This document shows positions 51,289 through 61,244 of a stretch of DNA of 64,000 nucleotides, one piece after another. Source of the DNA: a candidate division WOR-3 bacterium (lineage in GTDB: Bacteria > Hydrothermota > Tepidihabitantia > Tepidihabitantales > Tepidihabitantaceae); assembly GCA_965649295.1 (NCBI GenBank), contig CBFGKH010000002.1:1-64000 (forward strand), given 5' to 3'. Each line of letters begins with the position of its first letter. Position 1 is the first letter of the stretch. The position numbers were made by a program, and so were the translations under genes. The notes beneath the pieces were generated by a model. That model saw only the letters and a program-made list of their open reading frames with translations. It did not search any database and was not told the origin of the DNA.

Positions 51289-52962
51289 ATGAGTGACGAC
51301 CAGTTGCGGGAGCACATCGCCAAGTGGCGCCGGGAGGTGCGGGACCCGGCCTTGGCCAAAGCGCCGGAGCGCAAGCCCAAGTTTGAGACCGTGTCGGGGA
51401 TTCCGCTGCCCGATGTGGCCACGCCGCTTGACAATACCGGTTTTGACTATTGCGCCGACGCGGCCATGCCGGGTGAGTTTCCGTTCACGCGTGGGGTGCA
51501 GCCAACGATGTATCGCTCGCGGCTCTGGACGATGCGCCAGTATGCCGGTTTCGGTTCGGCTGAGGAGACGAATAGGCGGTTTCGCTATCTGCTAGCACAG
51601 GGTCAGACCGGACTGTCGGTTGCCTTCGACCTTCCCACCCAGCTTGGCTACGACTCTGACCATCCGCTGGCCCGGGCTGAAGTCGGTCGCGTCGGGGTGG
51701 CAATTTCGTCGCTTGACGATATGGCCGTACTCTTTGCTGGTATTCCGCTCGACCAGGTGTCGGTCTCGATGACAATCAACTCGACCGCTGCGACTCTGCT
51801 GGCGATGTACTGCGTGCTCGCCGAGCAGCAGGGCGTACCCTTGGCAAAGCTGCAGGGTACGATTCAGAACGATATCCTGAAGGAATACGTCGCGCGCGGG
51901 ACCTACATCTATCCGCCGCGGCCGTCCTTGCGGCTGGTGACTGATATCATCGCCTGGTGCGCGGAGAACGTGCCGCGCTGGAATCCGATCAGTGTCTCCG
52001 GCTATCACCTGCGTGAGGCCGGCTGCACCGCAGTCCAGGAGGTTGCGTTCACCATCGCCAACGGGCTGGAATATGTCAAGGCGGCAGTGAGCGCCGGACT
52101 CGATGTCAACCGTTTTGCTCCCCGGCTTTCGTTTTTCTTCGCGGCCCACTCGGAGCTGTTCGAAGAGGTTGCCAAGTTCCGGGCGGCTCGGCGGCTCTGG
52201 GCCAGATTGCTGCGCGAGCGCTGGAACGCATCTGATGACGCCTGCCGGCTTCGGTTCCACACCCAGACCGGTGGCGTGACGCTCACAGCCCAGCAGCCGG
52301 ACAACAATGTCGTCCGGGTGGCCTATCAGGCGCTGGCCGCAGTGCTCGGCGGCACGCAGAGCCTGCACACCAATGCGCGGGATGAGGCGTTGGCCCTGCC
52401 CACCGCTGAGTCGGCGCTGATCGCCCTGCGCACGCAGCAGATTCTCGGCCACGAGACCGGCGTGGCGGACACGGTTGACCCGCTGGCGGGTTCGTATCTG
52501 GTGGAGCGGCTGACAACCGAGATTGAGCTCCGTAGCCGCGAGCTGATTCGGAAGGTGGAGTCGCTGGGCGGGGCAGTTGCCGCTGTTGAGCAGGGCTGGA
52601 TCGAGCAGGAGATTGCTGAGAGCGCCTACCGCTATCAGCAGCAGGTCGAGCGGGGGGAGAGGATTATTGTTGGTGTGAACAAATACGGCGGGGATGCCGC
52701 GGCCGAGGGCCGGCTGGAGCTACTGAAGGTTGATGCGGCGCTGGGAGAGCGGCGGATTGAGTTGCTGCGGCAGTTTCGGGCGAGCCGCGACAACTCCCGG
52801 CTGCAAGCGGCACTGGCCGAACTGCAAAAGGCGGCCGGCGGTTCGGCGAACCTGATGCCACCGACAATTGCTGCGGTCCGGGCCGGGGCAACGGTCGGCG
52901 AGATTGCCGACGCGCTCCGGCAAGTGTTTGGAGTCCATACTGCGGGAGGTAGCCGTGGTTAG
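51289..52962 (+). CDS. Methylmalonyl-CoA mutase, substrate-binding large subunit (no B12-binding domain)
   Basis: [44 protein letters not shown]. Confidence 0.95.
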   Translation: MSDDQLREHIAKWRREVRDPALAKAPERKPKFETVSGIPLPDVATPLDNTGFDYCADAAMPGEFPFTRGVQPTMYRSRLWTMRQYAGFGSAEETNRRFRYLLAQGQTGLSVAFDLPTQLGYDSDHPLARAEVGRVGVAISSLDDMAVLFAGIPLDQVSVSMTINSTAATLLAMYCVLAEQQGVPLAKLQGTIQNDILKEYVARGTYIYPPRPSLRLVTDIIAWCAENVPRWNPISVSGYHLREAGCTAVQEVAFTIANGLEYVKAAVSAGLDVNRFAPRLSFFFAAHSELFEEVAKFRAARRLWARLLRERWNASDDACRLRFHTQTGGVTLTAQQPDNNVVRVAYQALAAVLGGTQSLHTNARDEALALPTAESALIALRTQQILGHETGVADTVDPLAGSYLVERLTTEIELRSRELIRKVESLGGAVAAVEQGWIEQEIAESAYRYQQQVERGERIIVGVNKYGGDAAAEGRLELLKVDAALGERRIELLRQFRASRDNSRLQAALAELQKAAGGSANLMPPTIAAVRAGATVGEIADALRQVFGVHTAGGSRG

Positions 52963-53368
52963 GCGCGTTGCCCACATTGGCATCGCGGTTCAGAGTATTG
53001 ATGAGGCCGCGAAGTTCTATGCGCAGCTCGGCCTTTTGGTCAGCCACCGCGAGTCGGTGCCGAGCCAGAAGGTAACAGTTGGTTTCATTCCAGTAGGCGA
53101 TACCTGCATCGAATTGATTCAGCCGGAGGCCGACGACGCGCCGATTGCGAAGTTTCTTGCCAGCCGGGGCCCGGGCCTGCATCACATCTGCTTTGAGGTC
53201 GAGGATATCGATTCGACCCACGCCGGACTCACCGCCGCCGGCGCGCGGCTCATTGACAAGTCTCCGCGGCTGGGCGCGCACAACACCCGGGTGGCGTTTG
53301 TCCACCCCGAGTCGGCTACTGGCGTGCTGGTCGAGCTGAGTCAGCCGGCTGACCGGCACCTAGACTGA
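52955..53368 (+). CDS. mce: Methylmalonyl-CoA epimerase
   Basis: [33 protein letters not shown]; start moved to GTG 52955. Confidence 0.92.
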   Translation: MVRRVAHIGIAVQSIDEAAKFYAQLGLLVSHRESVPSQKVTVGFIPVGDTCIELIQPEADDAPIAKFLASRGPGLHHICFEVEDIDSTHAGLTAAGARLIDKSPRLGAHNTRVAFVHPESATGVLVELSQPADRHLD

Positions 53369-53710
53369 CGGCACCGGGTCAAGGAACGTTTGGAACTCGA
53401 TCGTGCGGTCTTCGGGGTCCTCGGCAAAGAAGTGGTAGATGCGGTATTTGTTGTTCTGCTGCGGGCTGGTCGCTCCTGCAGGGCGGAACTTTTCGTACAT
53501 TTGGTCAACATCGGCACGAGTCGGGTAGTAGAAGGTGATGATGCCGCCGGTATCAGCGGTATCGCGCTGGCAGAACCCGACGAGCAGGTTGCCGTGTTGC
53601 AGAATCGTGCAATCGGCCTGTTCGAGCCAGACGTTCATTCCCACCTGTTCGCAGTAGAACCGCACGACGTCGGCCAGTCGCTTTGTTTTGAGAAAGACGA
53701 TACCGGCCAT
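53360..53710 (-). CDS. VOC/glyoxalase family protein
   Basis: FY...G, YHFFAEDPEDRTIEFQ. Confidence 0.85.
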   Translation of the reverse strand: MAGIVFLKTKRLADVVRFYCEQVGMNVWLEQADCTILQHGNLLVGFCQRDTADTGGIITFYYPTRADVDQMYEKFRPAGATSPQQNNKYRIYHFFAEDPEDRTIEFQTFLDPVPSV

Positions 53711-53714
53711 AGGC

Positions 53715-55175
53715 CTACTGCTGGCTAACGGGCGGTTTCGTTCCGAAGGCCTTGTCGAGCAAGGCCCGGTCCGGCGGCCGCGTGAACAGGCTGACGACGA
53801 TGAGGACGAGCAGGGAAACGCTGATGCCGGGGATGAATCCGTGCAGGCCGCCCGGATTCCGCAATGCCATCCAGACCAAGGCGGTGATGCTGCCGCTCAG
53901 CATCGCGGCCACCACGCCGGCCCGGGTTGTCCGGCGCCAGTAGAGACCGAAGAGATAGGGCCAGAGGGTTGTCGAGGCAATCACCGCCCAGGCAAACCCG
54001 GTGATGACGAGTATCATTGCCGGTGGTTTGAGCGCAACCAGGACCGCGGCCAGGCCGATGACTGCCGAGGCAGCACGCGAGAGAGCGACTTCGGTACGGG
54101 CCGACATCCCCATTCCCAGGCTCTCCTGCAAGAGGTCTTTGATGAGCGCGCTGACCGAGACGATAAGCACCGCCGCAAATGTGGACATGCCGGCGGCAAT
54201 GACACCGGCAAGAAAGAGGGCCGATGCCCAGGCCGGCATTACGGTCTTGACGAGCATCGGAATTGCTTTGTCGGCAGCGGCGAGGTCGGGAAAGAGCACC
54301 CGTGCCAGCGCACCCGAGAAGTAGGGCAAAAGCGCCATCGTTGCGCCGACGGTCGCGACAACCGTGCCCAGCCGCAGGACCCGAACGCTCTTGATCGAGT
54401 AGAACCGGGTCAGCAGTTGCGGCATGCCCCAGACCCCAAGCGAGACAATCAGTGAGTAGGAGACCAGCCCGGGCCAGCCCCAGATGCCCGGGGTTGCCAG
54501 GTAGCTGCCGTCGGCGAACTGGCCGAGCCGGCTGAACGCGGTGCTAAGCCCGCCGATGCGAAGGGTTGTTAGCGCCGCCAGCAGCACCAAGCCGACAATC
54601 ATAATTATGCCCTGAGCAAATCCGGTCCAAACCACCGCTACATAGCCACCCAGGGCAACATAGACGACGATTATCAGGGCGGAGATGAGCACGCCCCAGA
54701 CATAGGGCAGTCCGACCAGCACTCCGAAGGCGTGGCCCATTCCTTGAATTACCGAGACGCTGTAGATGACCAGAAAGACCGTGACAACGGTTGCCGAGAT
54801 TAGCCTTGCTGCTGGCGAGCCGAATCGTCGGGCAAAGAAACCGGGCATCGTCAGCGATTCCAGCCGGGAGGTCATCGTCCGCGTCCGAGCGCCGAGCACA
54901 ATCCAAGCGAGCAGGGTGCCGACAAGCACATTCGTGGCACCAACCCAAAGAGTCGCCAGGCCGTATTTGTAGCCGAAGCCACCGCCGCCGATGATGACGA
55001 CCGAACTGAAATAGGCGGCTACAAAAGAGAACGCCGTGACCCACGGGCCGATTGACCGGCCGCCCAAATGAAAACCGTCAGCCGAACGAGCCTGCTGCCG
55101 TGACAGTAGGCCAATGACAAAGAGCAAGGCCAAATACAGTCCCAGCACCAGAACATGGATGGCGGTTGCGCTCAT
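53715..55175 (-). CDS. Sodium:solute symporter (PutP/PanF-like)
   Basis: F.LGGRSIG, GG..AVVWT..QG, GMPQ...RF, AAGMST; many TM helices. Confidence 0.92.
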   Translation of the reverse strand: MSATAIHVLVLGLYLALLFVIGLLSRQQARSADGFHLGGRSIGPWVTAFSFVAAYFSSVVIIGGGGFGYKYGLATLWVGATNVLVGTLLAWIVLGARTRTMTSRLESLTMPGFFARRFGSPAARLISATVVTVFLVIYSVSVIQGMGHAFGVLVGLPYVWGVLISALIIVVYVALGGYVAVVWTGFAQGIIMIVGLVLLAALTTLRIGGLSTAFSRLGQFADGSYLATPGIWGWPGLVSYSLIVSLGVWGMPQLLTRFYSIKSVRVLRLGTVVATVGATMALLPYFSGALARVLFPDLAAADKAIPMLVKTVMPAWASALFLAGVIAAGMSTFAAVLIVSVSALIKDLLQESLGMGMSARTEVALSRAASAVIGLAAVLVALKPPAMILVITGFAWAVIASTTLWPYLFGLYWRRTTRAGVVAAMLSGSITALVWMALRNPGGLHGFIPGISVSLLVLIVVSLFTRPPDRALLDKAFGTKPPVSQQ

Positions 55176-55178
55176 ATG

Positions 55179-55289
55179 TCAGTCCTTGAGTTTGGCGAAG
55201 AGCGCCCAGATAAGCGCCGCGATAATCGCAGCCAGTGCCACGAGCAAGGCGGCGAATGTCAGCCAGGGCAATCCAAGCGGACCGGTCAT
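55179..55289 (-). CDS. 36-aa single-TM small protein, probable symporter accessory subunit
   Basis: Below ORF-track cutoff; MTGPLGLPWLTFAALLVALAAIIAALIWALFAKLKD; TTGACA-16-TAGCAT 6 nt upstream; stop 3 nt before the symporter ATG. Confidence 0.75.
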   Translation of the reverse strand: MTGPLGLPWLTFAALLVALAAIIAALIWALFAKLKD

Positions 55290-55385
55290 GCGGCAATGCT
55301 AATCGGCGCTGAGTCGGTGTCAAACCGTCACCGGGGTAAGCCCGGCTTGACAAACTCAGGTTGTCCGGCGAGAGTTTAGGCGCCG

Positions 55386-56987
55386 ATGAACGGAGCTGTT
55401 CCCCGACTGACCCGTGACCGTCGCAACTGGCTGATTGCGCTGGTTGTGCTGGGGATCGCGCTGGGCTACTCGACGCTCGTTCACCTTTCCTGCCCGGTCT
55501 ATCCTGAGGACGATGCGTTCATTATCTACCGCTATGTCGAGAACATCGTTGCCGGTCACGGCCCGGTGTACAATGTCGGCCAGCGGGTTTTTGGAGCTTC
55601 GTGTCCTTTGTATGTTGCCGGTCTCGCTCTTGCGAAACTGGTGTTACGGAGCGTACCGACACCGAACTTAGCGGTTCGCCTCAATTTCTTGCCCTGGCTA
55701 TTGGTCGGCGTCGGCCTGTTTTTGCTCCTGCGCCGACTGCTTGAGCAGGACCTAGTGGCAGCGCTGTTCGCTGCTTTCTTTTTGGTGCGCGATGACTTGC
55801 TGCGAATCTCAACCGGCGGGATGGAGTCGTCGTTCTTTGCCGCCCTGCTTGTTTGGGCGCTCTGGGCCCTGGTTCGGCACCGGTTCAGGCTGGCAGCTTG
55901 GCTGGCTGGCATCTCTGTGCTGGTGCGGCTAGAGGGCGTGCTGCTCTTGCTCGTTGTCTTCGGTGCGTGGCTTGTGCTCGACCGGCAGCGGCCGCTTGGA
56001 GTTCTACTCGGCCTGCTGTTGCCGGGTTTGGCCTGGACTGTCTTCGGCTTCGCCTACTACGGCACGCCGGTCTATCATTCCATCATCGCCAAGGCCAAGC
56101 CACTCTATCCGCTGCCGCCAGCACACGCCTTTCTCGCCATCCTGCGGGAGTTCGATGCCCGGATACTCGGCAACCTCCAGCCGTATAAGGCTGACGGTAT
56201 GCCGGTGGTCTGGCGCTTCACCGCCAAGACCGCGGTGCTTATCCTCCTGACCGGCGTCGGTCTCTGGGGTCAGCTTCGCCTGCTCTTTCGCTGTCCGGCC
56301 ACCGCCCGAGGTATCGTCGTCTTGACAGCAGTGCCGCTGCTGCTTCTGCTCTTGCTCATTTTCTATCTTGCCAGCAATCCGCTCCTCTTTCCTTGGTACC
56401 TGCCGCCGCTCTATCTACTCTGGTTCATCGTTGTGGCCGGTGGGGGTCACAGCACCGCCCAACCGCGGGCGCGGCGGTTGCTCGTGTCGGTGCTCGGCAT
56501 CTTCTTTGCGGTCGTTACCTTGCGTCAGCCGCTGGAGCGGACTTTGACCGGCCGAAGCTTTATTGACATCGGCATCACCCAAGACCCGGTGCGCACCCGC
56601 ATCGAGGCCTATCGCGAGGCGGCAGAGTGGCTCAACCGCGTCCTGCCGAGCGGTACGCCGGTGCTGGCTGCCGAGATCGGTTCGTTTGGCTATTACTACC
56701 AAGGGCCGGTGATTGATGGCTGCGGTCTTGTAACTCCGGAGGCGCTGCCCTATATGCCGGTGCCGCTGTCCGAGCGCTACTCAGCCGAGTGCGGCACAAT
56801 ACCGCTGGAGTTTGTCAAGGCGACGATGCCGGATGTCATCTGCACGATGGCGACATTTGCGGGGCTGAGTCTTTTTGACGATGACTGGTTCAAGCTGAAC
56901 TACCAATGGGTCAGGGCGTTCAATCTGCCTAAGCCGGCTTGGAATACACCGGCGGTTGACGTCTATATCCGTCGCGACCATCTCTAG
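55386..56987 (+). CDS. Polytopic membrane protein, GT-C-fold glycosyltransferase-like
   Basis: EDDAFIIYRY..N...G.G..YN, GMES, RLEG, EIG..GY..DGCGLVTP. Confidence 0.75.
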   Translation: MNGAVPRLTRDRRNWLIALVVLGIALGYSTLVHLSCPVYPEDDAFIIYRYVENIVAGHGPVYNVGQRVFGASCPLYVAGLALAKLVLRSVPTPNLAVRLNFLPWLLVGVGLFLLLRRLLEQDLVAALFAAFFLVRDDLLRISTGGMESSFFAALLVWALWALVRHRFRLAAWLAGISVLVRLEGVLLLLVVFGAWLVLDRQRPLGVLLGLLLPGLAWTVFGFAYYGTPVYHSIIAKAKPLYPLPPAHAFLAILREFDARILGNLQPYKADGMPVVWRFTAKTAVLILLTGVGLWGQLRLLFRCPATARGIVVLTAVPLLLLLLLIFYLASNPLLFPWYLPPLYLLWFIVVAGGGHSTAQPRARRLLVSVLGIFFAVVTLRQPLERTLTGRSFIDIGITQDPVRTRIEAYREAAEWLNRVLPSGTPVLAAEIGSFGYYYQGPVIDGCGLVTPEALPYMPVPLSERYSAECGTIPLEFVKATMPDVICTMATFAGLSLFDDDWFKLNYQWVRAFNLPKPAWNTPAVDVYIRRDHL

Positions 56988-56989
56988 CC

Positions 56990-58606
56990 TTGCGCCACTT
57001 TCGTCACCCGTCGTTTCTGCTGGTCGTCATTGCCACGCTCGTATTCGGCTCAGTCTCGCTTATCTTTCCATTCGGCCGCGACCAGGGTATCCATGCTTTC
57101 ATCGCCGATGCGGCACTGCATGGTCGGGTCGTCTATCGCGACGTCTTCAATGTCAAACCGCCGCTGACCACCCTCGTCCATGCGCTCGCATTGCTCCTTT
57201 TCGGCCATTCCATGACCAGCATCCGTCTGCTCGACCTGTTCTGGACCCTTGCTACCGCCCTCGTGCTGGCCGCTCTTGCGGCCCGAATTTTTGGCAACCG
57301 CTGGGTGGGAGCTGTTGCCGGCGCACTCTATCCCTTGCTCTACTATCCGTTCGGGTACTGGCATACCGCCCAGACTGATGGCTGGCTCAACCTGCCGCTT
57401 GCTGCCGCCTTGCTGCTCATCTTACAGTTTGAGAGTCGCGGTCTGCAATCGGCCACCTTTCCGCGGGCCCGGCTCTTCTTCTGGCCCGGCTTGTTCATTG
57501 CTCTGGCCACGCTACTCAAGTACACTGCCGCCATTGCTCTGCCGCTGCTTGCTATTATCTTCGTTCTGCCATTCGTCGCCCGCGGCCTCCGGTTCTCCTT
57601 CCGGCTTCGCCTTATCCTCTGGCTCGGCCTTGGTTTTGCCACCGGCATTGCCGCTTGCGGCCTACTGTTGCTCGCCACTGGCGCACTGCCGGCATTTATC
57701 CAGAGCCAGTTCGGCCTGATGCCCGCCTATGTCGCGCTCGGTCCAACCGAGTCACTCTTTCGCCGGTTCTCGCAACAGCTATTGACGACACCATGCCTGC
57801 GCAATGTCGGCATCGTCGGTTTGATAGGTATCATTGCGACTTTCGTCTTCTTTCTGCTCCGGCACCGCTCTCCGTTCAGCGCGCAGACTACGGGCTTCTC
57901 CTTTCAGTTGGCGATAGTCATCGGCTGGTTTGTTACTGCCCTAGTTTCGGTTTTTGCCCAGGCCAAGTTCTTTGAGTATCACTACCTGCCATTGCTCGGC
58001 GTCGTGGCGGTGTTGGGGGCCGGAGTCGTTGCGCTCTTTTTACCGTGGCTGCGGCGATTGCCAGTCGTCGTCAATCTCGGCCTCGGACTGGTGCTGGCGG
58101 CTGGCGCTGCACTGGCTACTGGGTATGGGCCGCGGTTCGCCAATCTGGCCCAGGTTGCGGGCGGCCAGGTTTCGTTGCGCCAGTATTGGGATTCAGGCCG
58201 GCATGACTCGGGCAGCGATTTCAGCTTGCGTGAGGACCTAGCGCTGGCTGACTACATTGCCGCTAATACTGATCCGACCGACCGCATCTTCATCTGGGGC
58301 TATGAGCCGCTTGTCTATTTTGTCGCGCGGCGCTGGCCGGTATCGCGGTTCATCTACAATTTCCCGCTGGTGGTGAGTTGGCGAACTGCCGATTTCCGCA
58401 GCGAGCTTGTGGCGGCGCTAGCGGCGACACCACCACGGCTGATGGTGGTGGCGCACGGCGATGCCACGCCCTGGGTGATGGGGCACGACAAGGATTCTTA
58501 CGCGAGCCTGCTCGAGTTTCCGGAGTTACTCGACTTCATCCGGAACAACTACTTCTTTGCGACGAGCGTCGAGCGGTTTGACATCCTCTTCCGCGCCGGC
58601 AATTGA
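56990..58606 (+). CDS. GT-C (ArnT/PMT-like) glycosyltransferase
   Basis: RDQG..A...G...YRD...KPP, HYLP, IFIWG.EP..Y. Confidence 0.75.
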   Translation: MRHFRHPSFLLVVIATLVFGSVSLIFPFGRDQGIHAFIADAALHGRVVYRDVFNVKPPLTTLVHALALLLFGHSMTSIRLLDLFWTLATALVLAALAARIFGNRWVGAVAGALYPLLYYPFGYWHTAQTDGWLNLPLAAALLLILQFESRGLQSATFPRARLFFWPGLFIALATLLKYTAAIALPLLAIIFVLPFVARGLRFSFRLRLILWLGLGFATGIAACGLLLLATGALPAFIQSQFGLMPAYVALGPTESLFRRFSQQLLTTPCLRNVGIVGLIGIIATFVFFLLRHRSPFSAQTTGFSFQLAIVIGWFVTALVSVFAQAKFFEYHYLPLLGVVAVLGAGVVALFLPWLRRLPVVVNLGLGLVLAAGAALATGYGPRFANLAQVAGGQVSLRQYWDSGRHDSGSDFSLREDLALADYIAANTDPTDRIFIWGYEPLVYFVARRWPVSRFIYNFPLVVSWRTADFRSELVAALAATPPRLMVVAHGDATPWVMGHDKDSYASLLEFPELLDFIRNNYFFATSVERFDILFRAGN

Positions 58607-58640
58607 CAGCCGCACGCCTCGCACCTACACTCGCACTACC

Positions 58641-59549
58641 TTGCGCTACAGCGTCGTAATCCCCGCCTTCAACGAGGCCGAGTCGGTTGCCGAGCTGCTT
58701 AGCGAACTGAAGCGGGCGCTGCCGACTGATGCCGAGTTCATCTTTGTTGACGACGGCTCTTATGACGACACCGGAACGAGACTCGACGAGCTCGCAAAGA
58801 CCGAGCCGCGCTGCCGGGTGATTCATCTGCAGCGCAACTTCGGCAAGTCAGCAGCCTATTCGGCCGGATTTGAGCAGGCCCAGGGCGACATCGTTATCAC
58901 GCTCGACGCCGACCTGCAGGACGACCCGGCTGAGTTGCCCAAGCTGCTGGCCCGGCTTGATGAAGGCTATGACCTGGTAGTCGGCTGGAAGCTCGGCCGG
59001 TTTGGCAATGAGCCGGGCAAGACGATGCCGTCCCGGCTCTTCAACTGGTTGGTCTATCTTCTGTTCGGACTGCGGTTGCACGATTCGAACTCTGGTTTTC
59101 GGGTAATGCGGCGGGCGGTTGCGCAGAGTCTGGAGCTTTATGGCGACCTGTATCGCTTCATTCCCGAACTTGCCCATCAGCGCGGGTTCCGAGTGACTGA
59201 GGTCGGTGTCCAGCACCGGCGCCGCAAGTATGGCCGCAGCAAGTATGGGGTCAGTCGGTTCTGGACCGGTGTCCTCGACTTGCTGACGGTGCGGTTTATC
59301 ACCGGCTTCACCCGCAAACCGCTGCACTTCTTCGGTACGCTCGGACTGGTCCCCCTACTCCTTGGCTGCGGGATCGAGCTTTATGTGCTCATCCGCAAGC
59401 TCCTTGGCGGCACGTTTCAGACGCACGTGGCTGCGATTGTCATTGGGGTGTTACTGATAACCGTGGGGATACAGCTCATCGCTACTGGTCTGGTTGGTGA
59501 GATGATTGCCGCGGCGAGTCGCAGCCGCGACTACTTTATCCGCCGTTAG
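58641..59549 (+). CDS. GT2 polyprenyl-phosphate sugar synthase (ArnC-like)
   Basis: SVVIPAFNE, VDDGS.D, RNFGKS, DADLQDDP, two C-terminal TMs; start moved to TTG 58641 (TTGACA-17-TACACT upstream). Confidence 0.92.
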   Translation: MRYSVVIPAFNEAESVAELLSELKRALPTDAEFIFVDDGSYDDTGTRLDELAKTEPRCRVIHLQRNFGKSAAYSAGFEQAQGDIVITLDADLQDDPAELPKLLARLDEGYDLVVGWKLGRFGNEPGKTMPSRLFNWLVYLLFGLRLHDSNSGFRVMRRAVAQSLELYGDLYRFIPELAHQRGFRVTEVGVQHRRRKYGRSKYGVSRFWTGVLDLLTVRFITGFTRKPLHFFGTLGLVPLLLGCGIELYVLIRKLLGGTFQTHVAAIVIGVLLITVGIQLIATGLVGEMIAAASRSRDYFIRR

Positions 59550-59567
59550 TCAGCTACTCATCACCTC

Positions 59568-60437
59568 ATGCGTTACGAGGGTAACATCTTCCGGCCGCCG
59601 TCCGAGGCCGATTCGCTGCTGCTGCAGGCGACAATTGGTTGCTCGCACAACCGTTGCACCTTCTGCGCGATGTACCGGGACAAACAGTTTCGAGTTCGGC
59701 CCATTAGTGAGGTGCTTGAGGACATCAGCTTGGCCCGGCAGTATTACGGCCCAGAGGTACGACGGGTATTCATCTGCGACGGTGACGCGCTGGTCCTGCC
59801 CCAGACCTATCTTGTCCAGGTGCTGGACGCGCTGGCTAAGAGTTTTCCTGACCTGCAGCGTGTCGGCATCTACGCCAATGCCCGCGACATTCTCAAGCGC
59901 ACCGATGAGGAGCTGCGCGAACTGGTCAACCGCAAGCTGACTATCTTCTACATTGGGATGGAGTCCGGCTCGGACCGCATCCTCGAACAGGTGGCGAAAG
60001 GCGCGACTGCCGCGGAGATGGTTGCGGCGGTGCAAAAGGCGATGGCGGCAGGGATGAAGTCTTCGGTCATCTACCTGCTTGGCCTTGGTGGCCGCCGGTA
60101 CTGGCAGGAGAATGCGATTGAATCGGCGCGGGCGGTATCGCAGATGAATCCAAACTACCTGTCAGCCCTGACCGTGACCGTCATTCCTGGCACTCCGCTG
60201 GCCGAGCAGTTGGTACGGGGCGAGTTTGAGCTGCCCGCACCAGAGGAGTTTGCGGCAGAACTACGGCTCTTTCTTGAACACGTTCGGGTCAAGGCGACGG
60301 TTTTCCGTTCTAATCACGCCTCAAACTACGTGCCGCTGGCTGGCCGCCTGCCCAAGGACCGGGAACGGTTGATTAGTGAGCTTGACGCCGCCATCAGTCA
60401 GCACCGCTTCCGGCCTGAATACTTGCGCGGGCTTTAG
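59568..60437 (+). CDS. Radical SAM protein
   Basis: RPPSEA..LLLQATIGCSHNRCTFC, GMESG, FRSNHASNY. Confidence 0.9.
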   Translation: MRYEGNIFRPPSEADSLLLQATIGCSHNRCTFCAMYRDKQFRVRPISEVLEDISLARQYYGPEVRRVFICDGDALVLPQTYLVQVLDALAKSFPDLQRVGIYANARDILKRTDEELRELVNRKLTIFYIGMESGSDRILEQVAKGATAAEMVAAVQKAMAAGMKSSVIYLLGLGGRRYWQENAIESARAVSQMNPNYLSALTVTVIPGTPLAEQLVRGEFELPAPEEFAAELRLFLEHVRVKATVFRSNHASNYVPLAGRLPKDRERLISELDAAISQHRFRPEYLRGL

Positions 60438-61153
60438 GGCTTGCGCGCCACGACAAAAAGCGACATTCCGAACGGCGGCCGGAAATGACGTTCGATTGCC
60501 GCAATCAGTGGCACGAACCGGTCGAAGAGTATTGTCTGCCAGTTGGAAAGCTCGGCCCGGCCGAGCACGCGGGAGTTCAGAAACCAGCCCAAGACCGCCG
60601 GCAGGTTGCAGTATTGCGAGTGCTCAATGACAAAGCCGGCACGGGTGAGTAACTCGACTAGTTGCCCGCGGCCGTAGCGCCGATAGTGGGCGAGGTTGCG
60701 GTCGAGTGAGCCATAAAGACAGGCCATCGCCGGCACGTGAACGAGTAACCGACCGCCTGCTGCGAGCACCCGATAGAAGTTGGCAACGGCGCCGGTGTCG
60801 TCGGCGATGTGTTCGAGCACGTTGACGCAGACGACCGTATCGTAGCCGGTGCCAGCAACTTTCGGCAGGTCCGGGCTCGCCGCATCGCACTGCACGAACC
60901 GAACGTCAGGAAAGTCTATGCGCATGTGGGCAAGGTAGAGTTCAGAGATGTCAATACAGGTCAGGTTGCCGAACTCCTGCAGATAGCAGGTCAGATTGCC
61001 GATGCCGCAGCCCACTTCGAGCACTTTGCGGCCGATGTAGGGCCGGAGCAGGTCTATGACCCACTGATTGTAGTTGTGGGTCAGGGCAAATGTCTTCAGT
61101 GTTTCGCGGGCGACGTCGGCGGCCCGGCCAGCAGGGCCTTGGGGTCGGCGCAT
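60434..61153 (-). CDS. Class I SAM-dependent methyltransferase
   Basis: VLEVGCGIG, NVLEHI.DD, HYRRY; start moved to ATG 61153 (TTGACA-17-TACGCT 6 nt upstream). Confidence 0.9.
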   Translation of the reverse strand: MRRPQGPAGRAADVARETLKTFALTHNYNQWVIDLLRPYIGRKVLEVGCGIGNLTCYLQEFGNLTCIDISELYLAHMRIDFPDVRFVQCDAASPDLPKVAGTGYDTVVCVNVLEHIADDTGAVANFYRVLAAGGRLLVHVPAMACLYGSLDRNLAHYRRYGRGQLVELLTRAGFVIEHSQYCNLPAVLGWFLNSRVLGRAELSNWQTILFDRFVPLIAAIERHFRPPFGMSLFVVARKP

Positions 61154-61244
61154 GGTCAGAGCGTAGGCGGCCCGTCTTGGTCTGTCAAACCGACGCCGGC
61201 TGACCCCTTGACTCAAACGGGTGCTGGCCTACACTCACTGCCGA

